A stretch of 64,000 nucleotides of DNA from Octopus sinensis (taxonomy: Eukaryota): assembly GCF_006345805.1 (NCBI RefSeq), contig NW_021836291.1, positions 418,654-482,653 of the forward strand, in the 5' to 3' direction. Both the position numbers and the translations under genes were made by a program. This document shows positions 1 through 12,529 of the stretch, piece after piece. The notes under the pieces were generated by a model that made no database searches, was not told the DNA's origin, and saw nothing but the letters and a program-made list of their open reading frames with translations. Every line of letters begins with the position of its first letter. Positions within the stretch are counted from its first letter, which is position 1.

Positions 1-1940
1 TCGCTGGGTACAACGAAGGGACGTTTATGGCTCGTCAATATGTACATTCCACCTCCCGGCTCTTGTCCAAGGAGCTATAGCCTCCCAACTCTCTCAAAAC
101 TGGCACGCATCGACGGAGTTATCTTATGCGGTGACTTTAATGCAAAACACCCCTTTGGCTTTCAACTCATTTGGCGGATATGGGAGGGAAATCTTTACTT
201 TTCCAATTGGACTCTCAAAAGAGAAGTTGTCACCAGGAAAGTTCCAATTCCATACAATTACAAAGCGGCGAAATGGTCATGTTCCAAGAGATATTGAACA
301 CGAGACTAAAGAATTGCAATCTGTGCAACTTTAGCTTTTTTTCGAAGATTATTCTGGAAGCAATGGCTATACCAAAACGTCCATCTCACGCTGCTGAAGG
401 AGATCCGACCTGGCCAAGGAGAGAAATCGCCTCAAGAAGTCAAACCGAATGTCTTCCGACATAATTACTCGCATCAGATATTCGAACAAGGAATTGAAGA
501 CCTGTCTAAAGTGAAATCCCATTCTTTCTACCGTGAACCGTAATCGTTCAACGGGAGAAGTGTGGAAAGCCATTCGGCACGTGGCCAGGGGGGACGTTCC
601 CGAATCTTCCGAAGATTACGATCAAAAAGACGTGAACAACCTCATCAAATTCTATGCGAAAACTGCACACAAGGAGCACAGGAAATCTGATTCATTCCCC
701 TCTAACAGAAGCCTAAAGAAACGGGCGGAACCTCTTCTCCTCTCGGTAAAGGAGGTGGAAGATACCTTGCACTCCACAAAATGATAGTACTCTCATGGCC
801 CGGACAAAATCCCGGTAATTCTATTAAAAAACCTTGGTGTCGAAGGACTCACGTTCCTAACATCTATCTTCAACTATTCAATCAACAACAATGTGATTCC
901 GTCATTGTAGAGAGGGTCAAGTCCACTTACAGTTACTGACGGAATTCACTCGTACCGGTTTTGCCAGCAAACCGAGGCACCAATAGAACGTGTTTTGGTC
1001 CGTAGACATTCACAAAGCCTTCGACTCTGTCTCGAGGAAGCTCCTATCAAGGAAGATATTCCAAACTGAATTTCTTCCAAAACTTGAAATTCCTCTTCCT
1101 AAGTTGGCGAAGGGGGAGGGTGTGCCTCGGAGGCGTGAAGTCCACATCTCGTCTCCTTTCCAACGGAGTACCTCAGGGATCCCCCTTATCCCCGGCCCTT
1201 TTCCTGGAAGATGTCCCGTCCTCCCTCGACAATAATGACATTGTCCTTTCGGACGACATCGTATGGACCGGGACATCCAGAAGACTTCTGAAAGGCTCCA
1301 AGCTAACTTGAATTGGCTCAACCTATAGCTAACTGACAACCGACTCGTGGTAAACGCGGCGAAGTCCGTCACGTCTCTTTTCACATCTGACAAAAGATTG
1401 TGAAGGGTTTCGGTCGACTTGAAGTTGAATAATGTGTCCGTACCCTTCTACAGAAATCAGATGGTCTAGGGGTAACCCTCGACGTGCACCTCTGCTTCTC
1501 CCCGCAGGCAGACAACCTCCTTCGTAAATGGGAGGAAAAAATTAACATGCCTATCCGGTTTATGGAAAAACGGTTCCCACCAGGTATTGGCAAATATTTA
1601 CTGCCAATACTTCGAACCATCAATTGCCTACGCCTGCGGATCATGGGGTCCGCGGTTAGGGTGGTCCAACAGGAGGCGAATCGAGGAAGTTCAACAAAGG
1701 GCCCTCAAATTAACCGAACGTTGGTCACACGATAACGAACGCCCCAGAAGACCTAATCAAGCTGAACCTCGATCTGTCGGCAAATGCTCCGTCAAAAACG
1801 GCCTGCCCCCAGGTGGGATCTTGTGTGGGCTCGTAGAAAGATTACTGAGCGAAGATGAGGTCCCTGGTCGAGTGCATCGAGATCACGTGACGTTTGTTGA
1901 TTTTTACCGTGGTCTTGACGGTTAAATACAAAAATAAGAA
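1..1940 (+). mobile_element. Degenerate APE-type non-LTR retrotransposon (endonuclease + RT), with frameshifts and stops
   Basis: APE motif ILCGDFNAKHP; RT motifs HGPDKIP..LLKNLG, SVDIHKAFDSV, GVPQGSPLSPALF and LSDDI, spread over several frames; YACGSWG thumb region. Confidence 0.85.
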
Positions 1941-2282
1941 TCTAATTGACAATTTGTTTCTTTGGGGTTTTGATTAATTTGTATTGAATTTAATCTCTGG
2001 TTCCATCATTCAATTATTATAAATAACGTCATCCTGAGAGACATCACTTTCAAGGTCATTATTAACTAATTTTAAAATTTCTGGAAAAATTAAAAACCCA
2101 TTAATAAAATTGAATTAAAAAGTATCTTTTACCATTAGTCTCCCATAGAGGCCCCAATACTTTGTAAAGCCTAATTAAATTTTAAACAAAGGGGAATTAA
2201 TATTATCAACAATTGAGTCTTAACACGATCTTATATAAGTCATGCGCAGTGAAGCTGATATATGTATATTTCATTGTCAGGA

Positions 2283-3524
2283 ATGAATGTTTAAATTAGT
2301 GCAGTCATTTGATAGAAAAACGATAAGGAAGCGCCTGTCAATATCGCAAAAACAGAGAGGATTAGCTTTGTTAATTGCAACTCTCCTGTGACGTTTAAAA
2401 AAGTAAAAATGTCATTTTTCATAAACACTTCATAACTTACCGTAAATTAGCAGATAGTAAACGTGAAAGTCTTGTTTCTCAAAATTGGCGAGATTGATAC
2501 GGTGAAGGAACAGTTTACTGCAGATGTCCTAATCCAAGTCAGTTGGAAAGAATCAAAAGATTCGCTCGGAGTTAATGCTTACCCGTCAATGCAACAGGGG
2601 AGGATTGACTTGACTGAGTTCTGGGACCCCGACATGCATATCGAAAACATTTTGGTGGAACAGAAGGACTCAGGATGGATTGACACCATTTCTGTCGAAA
2701 CCGACCACGTTTTTCTTGTCAAAAAGAGAAGAGTTCAAGGAATCTTTATGGAAAAGTTAGAGTTAGAGAATTTTCCCTTTGATGTGCAGGTAGAATAAAG
2801 AATATAGTGAGTAGGACTTGACGGTCAAATTGATAAGTCGACATGACTCAGATAAACTCGAATTTATAACCGATGATGGAGAAAATGGGGTCAATACTAA
2901 TTCGTTCGTGGACAAACAAGTCTCCGCCCCATGTAATAATAGAAATGGAAGTTGTACAGTCACTTTGAAGTCGAGATACGAAACGACGAGACAAACATGT
3001 TTTCTAAACTTAAACACCCCTCAATCTCCTTCATGTGCCAAGTCGAACGAAGGCCTGGCTTCTTCTATTGGAATGTATTTCTGATAATGGTGGTGGGCTG
3101 ACTATATTCAAGTGGGGAATCGCCATTTTGTCTTTCACTACTTTTGCAGTGGACAACCTCAGTACCCATCAGCGGCTTCAGTTGACTTTCACCCTCATTT
3201 TGACCACAGTCGCCTTCAAGTTTGTGGTCAATCAAAGCTTGCCTAAAATATCTTACCTGACATATGCGGTAGGTTAGTTTGAACATTTTTAGGATAAATA
3301 TATACTATTTTCATTGTCTCTTCTGGGAACGGTGTGCATATGGCACAGTGTTGTTCCTTACTTTGTCAATTCTCTCGGTCTTGTCAAGGAGTACTATGTC
3401 GTTTTGGGCATGTTACTCGTCTTTTTTACTTATCACGTCGTTTTCATCATCAGTATTTTCAAACAGGCATGGTTCAGTACTTAACCTAACTAGGCCTTCT
3501 ACAAAAGAAGGGTCGTCCGAATGA
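2283..3524 (+). CDS. Cys-less (Pro-loop) pentameric ligand-gated ion channel subunit, multi-exon; last exon and stop uncertain
   Basis: IGEIDTVKEQFTADV..W, FWDPDMHIEN, LELENFPFDVQDL, RRPGFFYWNVF (M1), RLQLTFTLILTTVAFKFVVNQSLPKISYLT-DKY (M2-M3), then M4. Exons join across GT-AG introns such as 2289-2315, 2403-2450 and the 25-nt intron at ~2790-2814. Confidence 0.85.
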
Positions 3525-3964
3525 ATGAACGAAAGGTTAGGAATTTAGAATTACTCCCAGTTCAAAGCCAAGTTCAACCATGTACAAAATCACTCTTTAT
3601 CAATTGTCTAATTCTCACCAAATTAGTTAAAATTTTTTATTTTCGATAATTTTTGATTTAAAACGTCATGAAATTTTTAAAAACGCAGAAAAATTCTTTA
3701 TCTCCACGCTAAAACTTCTCAAAGATTTATTCTAGTTATAAACTAATCATTTTGTAAATGAACATCAAGAGACATAAATTGATAAAGTGGAGGGTTTCCA
3801 TTTTTTTTCGCAGATAAAATTTACAGTTTTCGTGTAAGAAATATACATATGATTGCTACAACCGAGTTTTGGTCACTTAACCTACAACTGGAGGTCTCCC
3901 GTCATAGGAGGGCTGAAAATATTTCTGATTATTTTATTCCCATAACAAGAATTACATAAAATAA

Positions 3965-6253
3965 TTAAAATTCTAAGTAAATCTGAAATATTTGAGATTT
4001 TTTGGTAGGTTTCTGCAGAATATTGCAGCGATTGCCTTCGAGATGAGCATAGTTCCATTTCATTTTGTCATTACACCACGAATGTAAAAAACAGCTTAGG
4101 AGAACGGCGTTGTCTTTGTGGCACTGTTCTGTGCCGACTGTCAGCACCATTTTCTCAATGATTATTCGATACTGACTTTCCAGAGGAATCCCGCACACGA
4201 GTTTAGCCTGCGTGTAAACCAAGCTATAAAACCATTGAATCGGGATTCTCTGAGTATACCACACATTTGGACTTTGATGGGAGAGACCCATAGCAACCCT
4301 CCACCTCTGAGCAAGCGCATCCGATTACTGCGTGCCCTTCTGGACAGACAGCCTTGGAAAATCTTCCAACGTTCCCGTTTATTGCCACAACACTGTCAAA
4401 ATATTTCAAAACTTCTTCTTTGTCGATTATTCCCACCTTTTGAGTTAGATTACTACCATTTTTCATTATTTAAAAAACCGTTCAAGAGAGTCTGGGAAAT
4501 AACCACCAGGGACGAGCGTGAATTTGGGTTTCGTGGGAGTGGAAGTAGCCGCACTACTACAAACTGCTTTGGCCTGGGGTTTATAGCCGAATTATTACTC
4601 ACCTGGATTATTGTATTAATGGTGCTGGAGTAGACACAGCACTTGTTTGCATCAATCCACGAGGTATCAGATTTAGATTTGGTAGTAGAACAGGAAGAAA
4701 CTCCATATTTGGAGGGACATGTAACACAAATCGAATTATCCTTGCCTGTTTTTGTGGCAAAAAGAATTTCGCTGACAACCTCTATACCCGTGATTTCTAA
4801 AATGAGACAAGGAATAAAATACTCTGACAAACTGTTACAATTGAAGGACTGTCAGTAGTAATGTAACATGAATTGTTTCTGAACTCAAAGTTGGCAAAGT
4901 CAGCTCTAAATCACTGAGTGGAGTGATGTGACCTGTTTTCAACCATGCAGTTGATAAGAATTTCTCCACTTTCGCACGAAGCAACATGAACAGCAAATCC
5001 ACCTAATCTGAATGTTCTATATGAAACGGTCGCCAGTGGGAATTTATGGCAGAATGCGACCGACTGGATAATCAGTCAAAAAAGCCACTTTTTTGTTGTC
5101 GTCGTTGGAAAGGCACCCGTATGGAGTGTAGCGAGCCGTTTGATCGAAAGCGTAACAGTGAGTCAATTTGGTACCCTGTGGACATGCACTTGGAACTGAA
5201 GCATCCGAAACCACTTTTTGGGCTTTTGGGACTGTAGAATAGACGCCAATTTAAATACCAATGGAAATTGACTTTGTCGTACATCCGGCACACGGGACGT
5301 TCAAACGACACTTTCCGTCTAAACTGTCGACTGAGAATTGAAACGAGTCGTCCCTAAAATGAACGTATGGACAATACTCGCTCTTTACCAAACACCCAGT
5401 TATATATTCGGAGTAATAACTGTAAGGACCCGGAATTTCAACGACTGTTGCAAAATCACGGTCTTTTACACAGCCAACGATGGCCAGGAAATAACAAAAA
5501 TGCCATACCTTGACGTCATTACCTGTGTATTTGACTAGGCATTGGTCGTTTTCAATATCCGTTGAAACACATTTTCCCATGTCAGAACATCCGCATGACT
5601 TGATTGTGTATCCGCGAGGACAAGCTCCAACAGAAAGAGTTTTCCCACCCTCTGTCGTGACTGTGTGGCCATTCACGTATTTATCAATGGTTTCTAAGAT
5701 CGAATCAACATTGTTACTCACCAATGCAAGTGACTTCTCCATTGAGATGAATTTGATCATACTCGTAAGATTTCGATTCAAATAAACAAGAATTACCTGT
5801 TATTGATTTTCGGTGAGTATGCTCAGCAAACCACCTCAAAGTAGAGGTTGACCTTAACTCACCTGTGGTACATGCGACAGTCACTCAAAACAGTATTCTG
5901 GGGGCATTTGATTTCTCCAAATTTTTGAATAATACGAGTTATAACTATGGCTTTGTATTTTTCCATTGGAATACATTCTGCGAGAGCCTACTGTAATTGT
6001 AAAGTTCAATACCATAAATGATAATCCGTTTCTCCCTCCTCTAGCATGGCACATGTTTTCTTGCACATATGTCCCATCGGAAGCTCCTTGATATGTGCAT
6101 TTAGACACGACTGTTCTTTGAGGACACTCTACAGTAGAAAACACATCATCGCCCATTAATTGTCCTCCGTGAATGCTTATTTGGTTCTCGACTATTTTAT
6201 TGGTCATTAATTATACATTGCAGTGTCAAATGAATCAGAATGTACAAAATCAT
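3965..6253 (-). CDS. Probably secreted cysteine-rich repeat protein with resistin/PCSK9-C-terminal-like modules
   Basis: Hydrophobic N-terminus MILYILIHLTLQ (ATG 6253, followed by a 25-nt intron). Repeated modules CPQRTVVSKC, CPQNTVLSDC, CPRGYTIKSCGC, CPSKYGVSSC and CPEGHAVIGCAC, most closing with an AxxxC motif (ALAEC, AIVGC, AKAVC, AKLVC). ORF pieces join via 25-29-nt introns. Confidence 0.7.
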
Positions 6254-6828
6254 TTTTATTTAGATTATTGCTTTCATTTTATATTAGTAACATCACAGAT
6301 GTTTGTTTGTGACTATAATATTAATTTTGATTATTCATTAATAATTGTTTTCCAGTCTGTTCGATCAAAAAGTCAGAATCCCTAAGTTTTTTTGATTCCT
6401 ATTAATTATAAAGATTTTCTTTGTCTTGCACAAAAGCCTGAATTTTCCTCAAACAATCCTGTCATCTGATTCTTGTTGTTTACAAACAATCAAAATAATT
6501 CTTTAAATTTTGGGTAATTATTTTGGCTACAATACTCAGAGGAATGTGGGCATTGTGGAGTGGATTGGAAGCAGGGGATGCTACAAGGATCAATTAATTT
6601 TGGGAAAGCAAATGGAATATATAGCTGGTAGACCTGAAAGTCGTCTGTGAGGGCAAAGATAGATGTCTTCAACATCTTATTTAAAAATCATTAGGTGATG
6701 ACATTCACAATTGACTATCAATGAAAAATGAGCACAAATTAAAAAACAAAAGGAGGAAACTATTTGGAAATAATATTTTTAAATTGCAACTGAATGAACT
6801 AGTGCGGGATAATGTTTATATCACTAAT

Positions 6829-7846
6829 ATGTCTGCTGGTGGATCAAAGTTCGACATTGCCTGTGCTAACTTTGCCGAGATAACAGACACAGACACTGCA
6901 TTAGCCATGTTCTATCTGCAGGACGTGGACTGGGATTTAGAGGTATGTACAAACTATGAGTACCACCAGAGGGCACTTAATAATTACTTCCGAACAACCA
7001 AGAACGACTCCCCATCCCAAAATAGGTGACATTTCGTTAATATAGTAAAGAATATATTTAAAGGTAATGTCTTGGAATATCCAGGGACTTGAAACTCGCA
7101 GTCTTCGCCTAAGAACTCTCGAGGTTGCCCGAATAATATCTGAGTATTTTCTTGCCTAACACTCTCAGGGGCTCTTTCGATGTTGTCATGTTACAGGAAG
7201 TGGTTCCAGCCACTCTCGACATTCTACAAAATGTTATGAAGGACAGTTATTCCATCCATTCCTCCCCAACTGCTCTATATTTCACTGCCACTCTTCTTCG
7301 TCGAGAAACAGCAAGGCTAGTTGATTTCCAAGTCAAAGAGTTTGAGGGAAGTCGAATGGGAAGAGGTCTTCTACAAACCCGAGCTCGTTTTGAGGGGTTT
7401 TGGGGGGCGTGAAATTCTTTTTTATAACACTCACCTGGAGAGTTGTCGACAGTTCTCTGCAGAGAGAAAGTCTCAACTAAAAATGTCTTTTAATTTTCTC
7501 AACTCAGCCGATTCTGGTATTTTGGCCGGAGACTTGAATTTGAACGACAAGGAGGTGGTGATGTGCCTTATATTCGTAGGTGGCAGCCATTGGTGGTGTC
7601 CCCGATGGACTAGTTGATGTGTGGGAGGCGACAGGAGGCAGGAAGGAGACGATGCATACGTGGGACACTACTCGAAATCACAATTTGAGGTGTAGCTATG
7701 CTTGTAGGAAACGGATGGACAGAATGTACTTAAAAAGTGATTTACTGACACCTATTCACTTTGAATTGGTGGGTTTGGAGATCGTGCCTAACACTCAACT
7801 GTTTCCCAGCGATCACTGGGGGATTGTTGCACATTTTGTTCTTTAA
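6829..7846 (+). CDS. TDP2: Tyrosyl-DNA phosphodiesterase 2
   Basis: UBA-like FAEITDTDTALAMFYLQDVDWDLE; EEP motifs SWNIQG, DVVMLQEV, THLES, AGDLN, DVWE..TWDT..N, RMDR, FPSDHWG. Introns of 25-27 nt; one homopolymer frameshift near 7395-7410. Confidence 0.92.
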
Positions 7847-8228
7847 ATTTTCTTTTGAATGTTTATTAATATGATAATTTGCTTGTCGACACTTTGCTAG
7901 CTTGTACAATATTCTCATGTTATTGCGAAGCATGGGAAGCCTTTTGTAAGAATATCCTCAATGATGAGGTCCTTAAATCCTACACGCCAAAAAATTTAAG
8001 AAAATATTTTCTTGATTTTGGTTAAAATAAACAACTAAGATATCCCCGACTTACACGATTAAGTGCTTAAAACCTTCCCACCAAAAAAATTTTAAAAAAT
8101 TCCTTTTCAAATTTGACTTTGACAGAATGTGGAAATAGAAGATTGCCGACTTTAAATAAAGTGTGCAATGAACAGATTTTTAAAAAACCTTGACAGTTAT
8201 AACAACATTAACACAATTGACAGCGCTT

Positions 8229-8883
8229 TTAGCTGTTTTGATGTAACCCTATTCTAACACCTGTTGATAAACGATGTTCATTGTCCGTCTTTCCTTGGCA
8301 TACATGAATAAATTTTCTTTTCTGCGTACCATTGAACATTCTAAACTCAAAAGCCACAGGCACGAAGGAATGTCGAGTAAAAAGATTTTTGTGCTTTTCT
8401 ATTTTGCGGGCTTCCGCCAAAGCAGCGGCCGAGCTTGGAGAAGAAGCAGATGACAATAAAGCGAATGGAAACCACGTGTCTGCACATGTGGCATCCCAGA
8501 CCAGGCAATTGCCATTCCGGAATGGGAACGTGGTAATCCCATCCGGGCGTTTGCCGTCCCCTCTGTCCAATCCGGCTGGTTCAAGCACATTGGGAAAGCC
8601 ATCAGCGTTGAGTGCTTTTGAAATTACGTCGTTAATTGCTCCATGACGAGGCGAGCATGACGGGAAGTTTTGCTTGCATCCAACTGACTTCGTCAAAGGA
8701 AATGTTCAAAACTGCTTCCGTGCAAGATTTCAATGATTTTTCCATGGAAGACAAAATGCCTGGATGCGAGTAGCATGGAAGGCAGCGGAGCGTGTACAAA
8801 AGTAAAATTGTCAATGTCGGACGCTCCGAAGATCCCCGATCGCGATCCGGTGTTTTGATAAAGCAGAAGGTGGGCCTGGACAC
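8229..8883 (-). mobile_element. CRE-clade-like non-LTR retrotransposon, 3' fragment (restriction-like endonuclease)
   Basis: RHGAIND..LEPAGLDRGDGKRPDGITTFPFRNGNCLVWDATCADT..AEARKIEKH..FVPVAFE. Confidence 0.85.
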
Positions 8884-10860
8884 GAGAAAAGGTCACTGAG
8901 AGAGTGAGAATGCGTGGATTCGGCAAGGCCTATTCTTCGACGATAATTGCGTAGCCCAATACGGGCCAAATTCACTCGGGCTTCTCTCGAGAGGGAGGAT
9001 TCGTTGTTGTTTATTGGTGGCGGAATGCGTCCCAGAAGCTTGTTTATTCCAAGAAATCTGATTCCCTTCGTCACGAAAAAATGTGAGGATTTTTTTCGCA
9101 ATCTGCGATTCCTCTGGTATTGGTATCCTCAATTTGAATTCCACATAATATCTTTTTAATGTTGTCGTATTCATTAATATCCTTTGGAATAGGGATGATG
9201 GTAGATTTTTTCCAAAGCATAGGAACCAAACCATGGTTGATCGAGTATTCGATTAAATTAGTCAGAGCCAGAGAGCCATTTGGACCCAGATTTTTTAGAT
9301 GGTGAATGTCAAAACCATCCGGACCTCTGGCGTTATAATTCCGCGAGTTAACAACAAGCTGTTTGGTAAGTGATTCTGGGATGTTAATAAAGTGTGTAGA
9401 AATGACATTGAAATTATAATGAAATTTTCCTATGAAACGAAGATCCTTTGGGGTAGGAAGGTGACTAATTTTTGCATAATGACGAATTAAGATGTTAGCT
9501 TGATCCCGAAAGGATAGGACAGATTTTTTGGACGAAATCCCGGTGGCATGTGAGAGAGGGCATGTTTGCCTTGTGTGAATTTTCCTGAGGGTTCTCCAGA
9601 AAACACAGGATCCAGTATGTGGGGATATAGATGTGATAAAATTATTCCATTCTTCAGTTTTATGTTTTTTGATTAATTCGTCAATTTGTTTGTTGATTTC
9701 TGCTAGACATTCCGAATTTCCATTTATGGAGGTTGTCAATTTGATCCTTCTTTGTTTTTTTGAATTGTTCAATGATCGGGGGAGGATAATGGAGGCCGTG
9801 ATTTCGAATAAAACCGCGGGGAATAAATCTTTTGTCCGCAGAAAGAAGTGTATTAGTAAAGAAAGCAACAGCAGCATCAAATGATCGAAAAGAGGAGCAA
9901 GAAAAATTACTGAATATACGCTCAGTATCATTCCTGAAGAAGTCCCATTTCGACGTTTGTAGTTGATGTAGGTCTTCATAATTCTCTTCTTTACAGGCTG
10001 ATGGTTTATTTTGATTAGAATAGGATTGTAGTCCGTTGGTAGGTCGTACTGTCCATTTGGTGTCGAGTGCAATGTTTGGGGAACATAAGGTAATGTCAGG
10101 AGAAGTGTTTGAATCTCCAGGACGCACTTCACAGCGGGTGTGCAGAAGAGAATTGTTTAGAGTAATTAATTCTTCCGCATCAGTTATGATTTGTTGGCCT
10201 CGTTTATCGGTTTTGTTTGCGGATAGCCAAAGAGAATGATGGGCGTTAAGTCGCCACAAAGAATACAGTTTTCAGGTGAGAGGCAGTAAGTTCGGAGTAT
10301 AATTGGGATACATTACAAAATCGGGGGGATATATGTGTTCACAACAGAGTAACAGATCTTGTCAATTTGATTAGATGAAATTTAGGTAAATCGATCATTA
10401 GTTAAGAGAGATTTAATGCTGGCAGTTGAATCAGGAAAAAAAATGGCCTCGTGAATGAGAGTAATAAGGCCACCGCCAGGTTTTCCAGAGCGGCGGTTGT
10501 GGCGAATAATGGAATATCCCTTAACACGGGGGGTTTTGGATTTTGGGGTAAGTTTGGTCTCTTGAATAAGACCTATATCGATAGAGTTCGAGTGAAGAAA
10601 GTAGTGTAGGTTATTGCATTTCTTAGAGATCCCGTTGATGTTCAGTTGAAGAATGATTAGTTTTCTAATAGGTTTGGTTTTGCTCCACATCTCCACACCG
10701 AATCAACAACAGAGTCAGGAAACGTAAGCTTGACGGTCGTCCCGTAGCCACTACCAACCAAACCGTTGACAGGTTGATTGGCAAGGGGAAAAAAGTAATT
10801 CTGTTAGTTACTGAAGGAGAATCAGCAACCAATCGTCTCCACGAGGAGGTAAAATGACAA
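8884..10860 (-). mobile_element. APE-type LINE, internally deleted (RT core missing), abutting or nested in the CRE fragment
   Basis: APE LIILQLNINGI..IGLIQETKL, NAHHSLW, SPDITL; RT N-terminal ARGPDG..LKNLGP..WKKSTIIPIPK jumps directly to the C-terminal NKLLGRIPPPIN..SLSREARVNLAR. Confidence 0.85.
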
Positions 10861-10899
10861 TTAGTGTTGTGGTTTATTATTATTATTTAAGCCAAACAA

Positions 10900-11860
10900 A
10901 ATCACCGTCTTAACCATTAACTAACGTGTTCAGGTGATTCCGACACTTCTCAACAGTCGAGCCATCTTTTCACGATGTTCAGACCGTGACCCCACACACT
11001 TTCTGTATATACGGTGAATGGTTTGTGGTCCATCTCTACGATCCCCCCCATTTGCCTCTACGAGAGACTCCAGTGTTCAATGGACAATTTCCCTATCGGT
11101 ATGGTCCTTCAATAGGTTGATAGATTTTTCTTGGATTTTTTCGATTTTTAGCTGGTTCGTTGCCGCCAGGTTACAGCCCCAAGCAGCACATGCATACCCT
11201 TTTGTTGGCTCGATATACTGCTTGTAAAGGGTCTCTACCCCTGGCGGATAAGTTCTCCCACAGTTCCAAAGGAAGGCTTTCACAAAATTGATCTTCTTTA
11301 TACAGGTTGACACGATCGATTCAACGTGAGGTGAAAAACAGAGGAAAGTATCAAACGTTACACCCAATATCTTCTGTGTTTTCTTTTGTGGTATTGGGAC
11401 TCCATTCAGCGTGACTTCAATAGTTTTCGTCCCCATCTTCCTGTTTTTCGTGAATAGGGTGACTGCTGACTTTTCGGAACATGCATGTAGTCTGTTTTCA
11501 TATAGCCATCCATATAAGTCGTCCAGTATTCTTTGTAGTCTTTCCTTCGCGTATTCGACATTTACATCCCTAGATGCGACAACTATGTCATCGGCATAGG
11601 AGAGTAGTATGTCATTATTATCCATAGGAACTGGGAGATCATTCAGAAACAAGTTGAAGAGGGTCGGGGATAAAGGAAAACCCTAGGGTACACCATTGGG
11701 CAATAAGCGTGATCTTGAACTCTCGTTCCCGACTTTCCCACGACGTCCGCTCAAAAAATTTGCTATCCATAGCTTCATAGGTGTAGAAATTTTTGTACCA
11801 AATATCTTTTGAATTAGGATCTTCCTTGGGACGGAGTCAAACGCTTTTTGAATGTCGAAA
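10900..11860 (-). mobile_element. 5'-truncated LINE RT fragment related to the element at 1-1940
   Basis: FDIQKAFDSV, GVP.G.PLSPTLFNLFLND, LLSYADDIVV, KILGVTFD, YACAAWG. Confidence 0.85.
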
Positions 11861-11983
11861 TTAAAATCGTTGAAGAAAATGAAATTATAACCAAAATTAA
11901 TAATGTTTTATTATTTTATATTTTAAAAATTTTATTTACGATATTGTAATATAAAAATGATATTTCTAATTAAAGAAATTTAA

Positions 11984-12484
11984 ATGTTCTCAGTGTTGTT
12001 GTACCTAAGTTTTATTTCCTCTCTTCAAAGGATTTATCCTGATTCTAATGTCCCCCAATTCGACAAATACGAATCCTTTACAGTCAGAAAGCCCAAGAAA
12101 CTTACCAAAGACGACAAATCATATTTCTATTTCAACCTGGACGAGGAAGCGGACAAAATAGCCAATCTTGTGGTTAGTCATATCAAATATATTTAGGAAA
12201 CATACCAAATCCACCCAGATACAATTCCTCTACTGGCTCTGGAATACAAGGAAATGCGACACATTGCACGAAATGCAATTTATGAGACAAAAACTGAAGA
12301 AATAAAATATTCAGAATCCAAGGACAGAGTTCTCGTCTCAGAAAAGAATGTCATTACTTTAGTCATTGGAAGTATTTTGACGTCTGGGTTGTGTTTATTC
12401 CTGCTCATGATTCGGTTCTTTCATAACAAGCTTAATACGATCGATTCTGCTTTTCTTCAACAAGCAACAAGCAAAATGAAATAG
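11984..12484 (+). CDS. Orphan single-pass membrane protein, about 158 aa, two exons
   Basis: Hydrophobic N-terminus MFSVLLYLSFISS; a 24-nt GT-AG intron at 12173-12196 joins the two ORFs in frame; C-terminal TM segment VITLVIGSILTSGLCLFLLMI followed by RFFH. Confidence 0.7.
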
Positions 12485-12529
12485 TTTTATTAATTGTATT
12501 ATTCTATATTTGAATTAAATTAATTCTTG

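Noticed and set aside
7385-7412. Programmed frameshifts or pseudogenisation in TDP2 (also TONSL near 35360)
   Set aside because: The shifts fall in or next to G/T homopolymer runs within otherwise conserved genes; sequencing or consensus error is the simpler explanation.
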